From: an uncultured Actinomycetes bacterium
GTDB lineage: Bacteria; Actinomycetota; Actinomycetes; S36-B12
Direction: 5' to 3'
Assembly: GCA_913061025.1 (NCBI GenBank)
Contig: CAJXUJ010000001.1
Coordinates: 1 to 45,816, forward strand
DNA: 45,816 nt
Shown here in pieces: positions 40,201 through 45,816 of the stretch; within the stretch, counting starts at the first letter, position 1; the number at the start of each line of letters is the position of its first letter. Position numbers and translations under genes: made by a program. A model generated the notes under the pieces. The model was not told the origin of the DNA. It saw nothing but the letters and a program-made list of their open reading frames with translations, and made no database searches.

Positions 40201-43200
40201 TCACGACAGGCAGTTCGCCCCGAGCAGCGCCTTGAGATCTCCGTAGAGCGATGCACTCGGGGTCACCCGCATCACATCATCGAGACGAAGAACAGTTGTC
40301 TGCGTTCCACCAGTGAGATGCAGGTGCACTTCTGTGGTGCCCGGATGCTGCCGGAGCACCTCCTTGAGGCGTTCGACCAACGGCGGAACACACCGGCTGG
40401 CAGCGAGCGAGAGTCGAAGCGGTCCCGTCGACGCCTCGCTGAGATCGGGAGTCTCGACGTCCATCGCGATGACTCGCAACCCGTCTTCATCGCTTCGTTC
40501 CACGCGAGCACGAATGGCGACGATCGAGTCCTCGATCAACTTGGTGGATACCGATGCGTACGTCTGCGGGAACACCATCGCTTCGACCGAACCATCAAGG
40601 TCCTCGATATTCGCTATGGCCCAGGCCGAGCCCTTCTTGGTCGTCTTGCGCTGAACGCTGGTGAGCAATCCGGCGATCGTGACGATGGCTGACTCCAGAG
40701 AATCGTCGGCGATCAAGGACGCGATAGAGCGATCGGCGATCTGAGCGAGTGCGTGGTCAAGGCCGTTGAGCGGGTGATCGGATACGTAGAGCCCGAGCAT
40801 GTCGCGTTCATGAGCCAGCAGCACACTCTTGTCCCACTCACCCAGTGGGATCGGTGTCTGTTCGGCCAGACCCGTGGCCTCCTCGCCGCCGCCGAGTCCA
40901 CCAAAGAGGTCAAACTGCCCCGCGGCCTCAGCGCGCTTGATGTCCACCGCGGAGTCGATCACGATCTCATGTATCGAAACCAAGCCTTTGCGGGTGTGAC
41001 CGAGGGAATCGAAAGCACCGGCCTTGATCAAAGACTCGACAACACGCCGGTTACACACATTCGCCTCGACCTTCGCGACGAAGTCGTGGAAGTCGGTGAA
41101 GCGGCCCTTCGATCGACGAGTCGCGATAATCGATTCGACAACGCCATCCCCAACATTGCGGATGGCGGACAAGCCGAAGCGAATGTCACTCCCGCGCGCG
41201 GTGTACGCCGCATCGGATTCATTGACGTCGGGTGGAAGGACCTTGATACCCATCCGACGACATTCACCGAGGTAGATGGCGCTCTTGTCCTTGTCGTCTT
41301 GCACACTCGTGAGCAGCGCCGCCATGTATTCGGCCGGATAGTTCGCCTTCAGAAACGCGGTCCAGTACGAGACCAGTCCATAGCCCGCGGTGTGGGCCTT
41401 GTTGAAGGCGTAGTCAGAGAACGGAACCAGGATCTCCCACAACGTGTCGATGGCTGAATCGCTGTAGCCCTTGTCGCGCATGCCATCGCGGAACGGAACG
41501 AATTCCTTCTCGAGGATTTCCTTCTTCTTCTTACCCATCGCACGGCGAAGCAGATCGGCCTTGCCGAGTGAGTACCCCGCGAGTTCCTGGGCGATCGCCA
41601 TGACCTGCTCTTGATAGACGATCAATCCGTACGTGTCTCCGAGGATTTCCGCGAGCGGCTCGGCGAGTTCGGGGTGAATGGGCACCACCGGCTTGCGTCC
41701 GTTCTTGCGGTCTGCGTAGTCGTTGTGCGCATTGGCACCCATGGGACCTGGGCGGTAGAGCGCGAGGACAGCCGAGATGTCTTCAAAGTTGTCGGGTTGC
41801 ATCGAGCGCAGTAGCGAACGCATCGGTCCACCGTCGAGTTGGAATACCCCGAGAGTGTCACCCCGCGACAAGAGTTCATAGGTGGCCGGATCCTCGAGCT
41901 CGAGCTCTTCGAGGACGATCGTGGTGCCGGTGTTCTTCTCGATGTTGTCGAGACAATCATCAAGGACCGTGAGGTTGCGCAATCCGAGGAAGTCCATCTT
42001 CAACAGGCCCAGCGATTCACACGCACCCATGTCGAATTGCGTGATGATCGCGCCGTCTTGTTCCCGTCGCCACACGGGAATGACGTCCATCAACGGATCG
42101 CGAGACAAGATGACTCCGGCGGCGTGAACGCCGGGTTGCCGCTTCAAACCCTCTAACCCCTTGGCGGTGTCGATCACCTGTCGGGCTTGCTCGTCCGACT
42201 CATACAACGATCGAAAATCCGCAGCCTCGGCGTACCGGCCGTCACCCGGGTCGAAGGCTCCCGCAAGGGAGATGTCCTTACCCATCACAGCTGGCGGCAT
42301 CGCCTTGGTGATCTTGTCCCCCACCGAGTAGGGGTAGCCAAGAACTCGGGCGCTGTCCTTAATCGCCGCCTTGGCCTTGATCGAGCCATAGGTGACGATC
42401 TGCGCGACACGTTCCTCGCCATACTTCTCGGTGGCGTAGCGAATCATGTCCGCACGTCGACGTTCGTCGAAGTCGATATCGATATCGGGCATCGAGATGC
42501 GTTCGGGATTCAAGAATCGTTCGAACAGCAGGCCGTGCTTCATCGGGTCCAGTTCGGTAATCCCCAGCGCGTAGGCGATCATCGCGCCGGCAGCAGATCC
42601 TCGACCGGGCCCGACCCGGATCCCACTTTCGTGGGCGTAACGCACAAGGTCGGCGACGACGAGAAAGTATCCGGGGAATCCCATTTGCGAGATGACACTC
42701 AACTCGTAGTCCGCCTGGGCACGGACATCGTCGGGAACCGCTCCGTGATACCGGTCACTAAGCCCACGCTCAACCTCGGCGCGCAGCCAGGTCTCCTCGG
42801 TGAACCCCTCCGGTACGTCGAAACGCGGCATGAGGTTGGCACCCTCATCGAACGAGACCTCGCAACGTTCGGCGATCAGCAAGGTGTTGTCGCACGCCTC
42901 GGGGAGCTCGGACCAAACCGAGCGCATTTCCTGAGCGGACTTCAGATAGAAGTCGCGAGCGTCGAATCGAAAACGCTTCGGATCGTCCATGGTGGTGCGG
43001 GTGCCGACGCACAGCAAGACTTCGTGGGTGTCTGCATCGGTTGCGTGGACGTAGTGGAGATCGTTGGTTGCCACCAATGGAAGATCGAGATCCCGAGCGA
43101 TCTTGATGAGGTCCTCGCGAAAGCGCCGCTCGATCGCCAGGCCGTGGTCCATGACTTCGCAGAAGTAGTTGCCCGGACCGAGGATGTCGCGGAAATCCGC

Positions 43201-43737
43201 AGCCGCTGCGCGTGCTTTCTCGTACTCACCGGCCTGCAGCCATCGATTCACTTCACCGCTCGGGCAGCCGGTGGTTCCGATCAGACCGGATCCGTAGCGA
43301 TCGAGCAACTCCCGATCGAACCGCGGCTTGTGGTACTGCCCCTCCAGGCTGGCGAGCGAGGACAGTCGGAAGAGGTTGTGCATTCCCGGCGTTGTCTCCG
43401 CCCACAGCGTCATGTGCGTGTAACTGTGCTTGCCGCGACCGGCGCCCGGGTCCTCGGGGGTGCCTTCGTCAAACCCGCCGCCGAAGTCGAAGGGTCGTCG
43501 TTCGCTCCTCCCCTGAGGTGCGAAGTAACCCTCCAGACCGATGATCGGCTTGACGCCGGCAGCGCGAGCTTTCGTATAGAAGTCGTAGGCACCGAAGAGG
43601 TTTCCGTGGTCGGTCATCGCGATCGCGGTCTGACCGAGCCGGTTTGCTTCATCCATGAGGTCGCCGAGTCGGGCAGCTCCGTCGAGCATCGAATACTCGG
43701 TGTGGACGTGGAGGTGGACGAATTCGTCCTTACTCAT
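40201..43737 (-). CDS. dnaE: DNA polymerase III alpha subunit
   Basis: 1178 aa. Shows the PHP domain FVHLHVHTEYSMLDGA, the polymerase core GLLKMDFLGLRNLT and YQEQVM, and a C-terminal OB-fold region. Confidence 0.98.
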   Translation of the reverse strand: MSKDEFVHLHVHTEYSMLDGAARLGDLMDEANRLGQTAIAMTDHGNLFGAYDFYTKARAAGVKPIIGLEGYFAPQGRSERRPFDFGGGFDEGTPEDPGAGRGKHSYTHMTLWAETTPGMHNLFRLSSLASLEGQYHKPRFDRELLDRYGSGLIGTTGCPSGEVNRWLQAGEYEKARAAAADFRDILGPGNYFCEVMDHGLAIERRFREDLIKIARDLDLPLVATNDLHYVHATDADTHEVLLCVGTRTTMDDPKRFRFDARDFYLKSAQEMRSVWSELPEACDNTLLIAERCEVSFDEGANLMPRFDVPEGFTEETWLRAEVERGLSDRYHGAVPDDVRAQADYELSVISQMGFPGYFLVVADLVRYAHESGIRVGPGRGSAAGAMIAYALGITELDPMKHGLLFERFLNPERISMPDIDIDFDERRRADMIRYATEKYGEERVAQIVTYGSIKAKAAIKDSARVLGYPYSVGDKITKAMPPAVMGKDISLAGAFDPGDGRYAEAADFRSLYESDEQARQVIDTAKGLEGLKRQPGVHAAGVILSRDPLMDVIPVWRREQDGAIITQFDMGACESLGLLKMDFLGLRNLTVLDDCLDNIEKNTGTTIVLEELELEDPATYELLSRGDTLGVFQLDGGPMRSLLRSMQPDNFEDISAVLALYRPGPMGANAHNDYADRKNGRKPVVPIHPELAEPLAEILGDTYGLIVYQEQVMAIAQELAGYSLGKADLLRRAMGKKKKEILEKEFVPFRDGMRDKGYSDSAIDTLWEILVPFSDYAFNKAHTAGYGLVSYWTAFLKANYPAEYMAALLTSVQDDKDKSAIYLGECRRMGIKVLPPDVNESDAAYTARGSDIRFGLSAIRNVGDGVVESIIATRRSKGRFTDFHDFVAKVEANVCNRRVVESLIKAGAFDSLGHTRKGLVSIHEIVIDSAVDIKRAEAAGQFDLFGGLGGGEEATGLAEQTPIPLGEWDKSVLLAHERDMLGLYVSDHPLNGLDHALAQIADRSIASLIADDSLESAIVTIAGLLTSVQRKTTKKGSAWAIANIEDLDGSVEAMVFPQTYASVSTKLIEDSIVAIRARVERSDEDGLRVIAMDVETPDLSEASTGPLRLSLAASRCVPPLVERLKEVLRQHPGTTEVHLHLTGGTQTTVLRLDDVMRVTPSASLYGDLKALLGANCLS

Positions 43738-43748
43738 GACTCATGCAC

Positions 43749-43774
43749 CCCTCTCCGCCATCCCTCTCCGCCAT
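43749..43774. repeat. Perfect 13-bp tandem duplication in the dnaE leader
   Basis: The plus strand reads CCCTCTCCGCCAT twice in tandem (43749..43761 and 43762..43774). On the transcribed strand this is ATGGCGGAGAGGG x2, ending 11 nt before the dnaE ATG. Confidence 0.95.
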
Positions 43775-43836
43775 CGAGATCGGCGGGCGAGGACGGGAGA
43801 GCACCGCTAAACCCTACGCCCCGCTGCGCCGTCGGA

Positions 43837-44763
43837 TCAGGCCGACAGGCCGGCCCGTAAACGATCGAGCGCGTTTTGCAGATCGGCCGGATACGGGCTC
43901 TCGACGACAACCCGATCGCCCGTTTCGGGATGCTCAAATCCCAGCCGTCTCGCGTGTAACCACTGCCTCGTCAGCCCCAAATCTTGGGCCACCGTTGGGT
44001 CTGCTCCATAGGTCAAATCCCCCACGCACGGGTGCCGCATGGCCGACATATGCACCCGGATTTGATGGGTCCGACCAGTTTCTAGATGAACCTCCACCAG
44101 GGAGGCACGCGGCCACGCCTCGAGCGTTCGGTAGTGGGTGATGCTCGGCCGACCTCCGGCCACGACGGCCCACTTGTAGTCCTTGCTGGGGTGCCGATCT
44201 ATCGGCGCATCCACCGTCCCTTCAAGCGGGTCGAGTAGCCCATGCACGATCGCGTGGTACTCCTTGTCGACAGTGCGCTCCTTGAACTGTCGCTTCAACG
44301 ACGTATAGGCCCCCGGAGTCTTCGCCAGCACCATCGCGCCTGTGGTTCCCACATCGAGGCGATGGACAACACCCTCGCGCTCCGCGGCCCCGGTCGATGC
44401 CAAACGATGGCCCGCCGCTGCAAGCGAACCGGTGACGGTCGGACCCGACCACCCCGGACTCGGGTGGGCGGCGATACCAACCGGCTTGTCAACGACGACC
44501 ACGGAATCGTCCTCGAAGAGAATCGGGATCTCCTCGATGGGCCCCGCACTCGGTTCCGGATCGCTCGTCGAGACGTCATCGACCTCGATCATCTCGCCGG
44601 CATCGAGCCGGTGTGACTTGGCGACAAGCCTTGAATCCACCCGGATCTCCCCGGCGTCGACCATGGCGCTCACTCGGGCACGCGACAAACCGAGCATCCG
44701 ACTGACGGCGACGTCGATTCGCTCACCGACGAGTCCGTCGGGGACCGGCAGGGTCCGTGTCAC
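43837..44763 (-). CDS. rluD: RluA-family 23S rRNA pseudouridine synthase (RluD-like)
   Basis: 308 aa. Has an N-terminal S4-like domain and the catalytic motif HRLDVGTTGAMVLAK. GTGA overlap with the lspA stop. Confidence 0.9.
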   Translation of the reverse strand: MTRTLPVPDGLVGERIDVAVSRMLGLSRARVSAMVDAGEIRVDSRLVAKSHRLDAGEMIEVDDVSTSDPEPSAGPIEEIPILFEDDSVVVVDKPVGIAAHPSPGWSGPTVTGSLAAAGHRLASTGAAEREGVVHRLDVGTTGAMVLAKTPGAYTSLKRQFKERTVDKEYHAIVHGLLDPLEGTVDAPIDRHPSKDYKWAVVAGGRPSITHYRTLEAWPRASLVEVHLETGRTHQIRVHMSAMRHPCVGDLTYGADPTVAQDLGLTRQWLHARRLGFEHPETGDRVVVESPYPADLQNALDRLRAGLSA

Positions 44764-45362
44764 GACCCACTTCCGCGTGTTTCGGACTCGTCGTCGTTCT
44801 CCGCTTTATCCCCTGCCTCAAGTTCGGCCTCACCCGCGAGGGGAACACCGCGCCAAGCGAGGAACACCATGCCGATCGCCGAGCAGGTAATGGCTATGTC
44901 AGCAACGTTGAATACCGGGAAGTTCGGCAATCCGATGAAGTCGACTACGTAGCCCAAACCAGGGCCGGGGGGACGAATAAGTCGGTCGATCAGATTGCCC
45001 AGCAACCCTCCGAGCAGCCCTCCCAGCGCCAATGCCCACGCCGGCGAGGTGATCGTACGAGAGAAACGAATGATGACGGCACCGACGATGATCGCGACGA
45101 TCGTGAAGATCCACGTGTATCCGGTGCCCATACCGAACGCCGCGCCGGTGTTCTCGACGTACGTCAACCGAAGGAGCGGATCGATCAGATAGATCGGGCC
45201 CTCACCAGATTGGATGCGCGGTCGAAGATCGGCGAGCGCCCATGCCTTGGTCAGTTGGTCAAGAACCACCACACCGGCAGCGGTCCCGCCAAGGACCGCG
45301 AGGACTATCCGGTGCGCACGCCGAGCGGGGCCATCAAGGGCCCTCGAGGAAGTGTGCGACAC
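44760..45362 (-). CDS. lspA: Lipoprotein signal peptidase (signal peptidase II)
   Basis: 200 aa. Shows VENTGAAFG, LGNLIDR, VVDF and FNVADI. Has 4 TM spans. GTG start at 45362. Confidence 0.92.
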   Translation of the reverse strand: MSHTSSRALDGPARRAHRIVLAVLGGTAAGVVVLDQLTKAWALADLRPRIQSGEGPIYLIDPLLRLTYVENTGAAFGMGTGYTWIFTIVAIIVGAVIIRFSRTITSPAWALALGGLLGGLLGNLIDRLIRPPGPGLGYVVDFIGLPNFPVFNVADIAITCSAIGMVFLAWRGVPLAGEAELEAGDKAENDDESETRGSGS

Positions 45363-45393
45363 GTGGCCAGCCTAGGTGGCCCCGGCACACGGA

Positions 45394-45816
45394 CTAGAAA
45401 CGCTCTTCGGCTTCCTTGCACGAGCGACACAGCGTTGCCCGCGGGAATGCCTGGAGTCGGAACTTTCCAATCGGCTTCCCGCACGACTCGCACACGCCGT
45501 AGGAACCATCATCGATTCGGGCCAGCGCATGGTCCACCTGGTCGAGCATGTCGCGCGCATTGTTCGCAAGGGACATCTCGTGCTCACGCTCGAAGGTCTT
45601 GCTGCCAGCGTCCGCTTGGTCATCGCCGGCTCCATCCCCGGAATCACGGATGAGGTCCGCGAGCCCTTCCTCAGCCGTGGCGATCTCTTCCAAGAGCCGA
45701 ACGCGCTCGCTCAGCAACTCGCTTCGGACGTCCTTCAATTCCTTGTTGGTCCACGGCGACTCGTCCTCGCGAACTACGGGACGCTTCTTGGCCGCCTTCG
45801 CAACGCTCTTCTTGGG
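45394..45816 (-). CDS. TraR/DksA-family C4 zinc-finger protein; the 5' end probably lies beyond the right edge of the window
   Basis: Shows the C-terminal CESCGKPIGKFRLQAFPRATLCRSCKE (C4 finger) preceded by a coiled-coil region. The track start at 45738 is a TTG. The frame stays open to the window edge (PKKSVAKAAKKRPVVREDESPWTNKELKDV...), a Lys-rich N-terminus typical of the actinobacterial homologues found upstream of lspA. Confidence 0.8.
   Translation of the reverse strand, partial: PKKSVAKAAKKRPVVREDESPWTNKELKDVRSELLSERVRLLEEIATAEEGLADLIRDSGDGAGDDQADAGSKTFEREHEMSLANNARDMLDQVDHALARIDDGSYGVCESCGKPIGKFRLQAFPRATLCRSCKEAEERF

Noticed and set aside
42187-43860. A 557-aa plus-strand ORF. Similar long ORFs occur at 14558..16102 (514 aa), 23283..24743 (486 aa), 36916..38325 (469 aa), 19869..21101 (410 aa) and 7105..8301 (398 aa).
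   Set aside because: All lie antisense to strongly supported genes (dnaE, pyk, trpA/dsbA-like, hisD, gltB, carB). Their translations are Arg/Gly/His/Asp-rich with no recognisable motifs. Stop-poor antisense frames are expected at this GC content.
45363-45393. An imperfect hairpin, GGCCA-gcctagg-TGGCC, between the DksA-like gene and lspA.
   Set aside because: It has a 5-bp stem, no U tract and only a 31-nt spacer. It is too weak to call a terminator or a regulatory site.
1-45816. A scan for mobile elements, CRISPR repeats, toxin-antitoxin pairs, restriction-modification or other defence genes, rRNA/tRNA genes, and long direct or inverted repeats.
   Set aside because: Apart from the 13-bp tandem duplication upstream of dnaE, none was found. 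Every ORF of meaningful size is accounted for by a housekeeping family or a small membrane protein. A manual scan cannot exclude short dispersed repeats or small RNAs.

Overview
This window is a gene-dense (~65% GC) chromosomal core segment with the gene order typical of a high-GC actinobacterium. I call 43 protein-coding genes. Forty are on the minus strand, and many are joined by 1-, 4- or 8-nt start/stop overlaps.

Gene content in transcription order on the minus strand (right to left):
- a DksA/TraR-like zinc-finger gene (partial), lspA, rluD and dnaE
- a small membrane protein, with a divergent plus-strand pair (LON N-domain protein and ybaK)
- the his operon (hisD-C-B-H-A/priA-F-I), fused directly to trpE
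- two Trp-associated membrane proteins
- an inserted module: a 6-TM gene on the opposite strand plus an OmpR-type response regulator and histidine kinase
- a DUF2752 gene, trpC-B-A, a DsbA-like oxidoreductase and lgt
- gltB-gltD and pyk
- the pyrimidine operon (pyrR-B-C, membrane protein, carA-carB-pyrK-pyrD-pyrF)
- gmk, rpoZ, coaBC, metK and the 5' end of primosomal priA (partial, found by hand translation)

I found no rRNA, tRNA, CRISPR array, transposase, integrase, phage or recognisable defence genes. I see no convincing novel multi-gene system here; most of the window is ordinary housekeeping DNA.

The points most worth a second look are:
- the three-gene insertion and the uncharacterised membrane proteins inside the trp block (26862..31016)
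- a pair of related perfect palindromes upstream of gltB
- a PyrR-type RNA element with a variant loop in the 71-nt pyk-pyrR spacer
- a perfect 13-bp tandem duplication carrying Shine-Dalgarno-like sequence just upstream of dnaE
- a class 1B (pyrK/pyrD) dihydroorotate dehydrogenase inside the pyr operon, with no mIHF gene between pyrF and gmk

All family assignments rest on motifs I recognised by eye. No database search was run.
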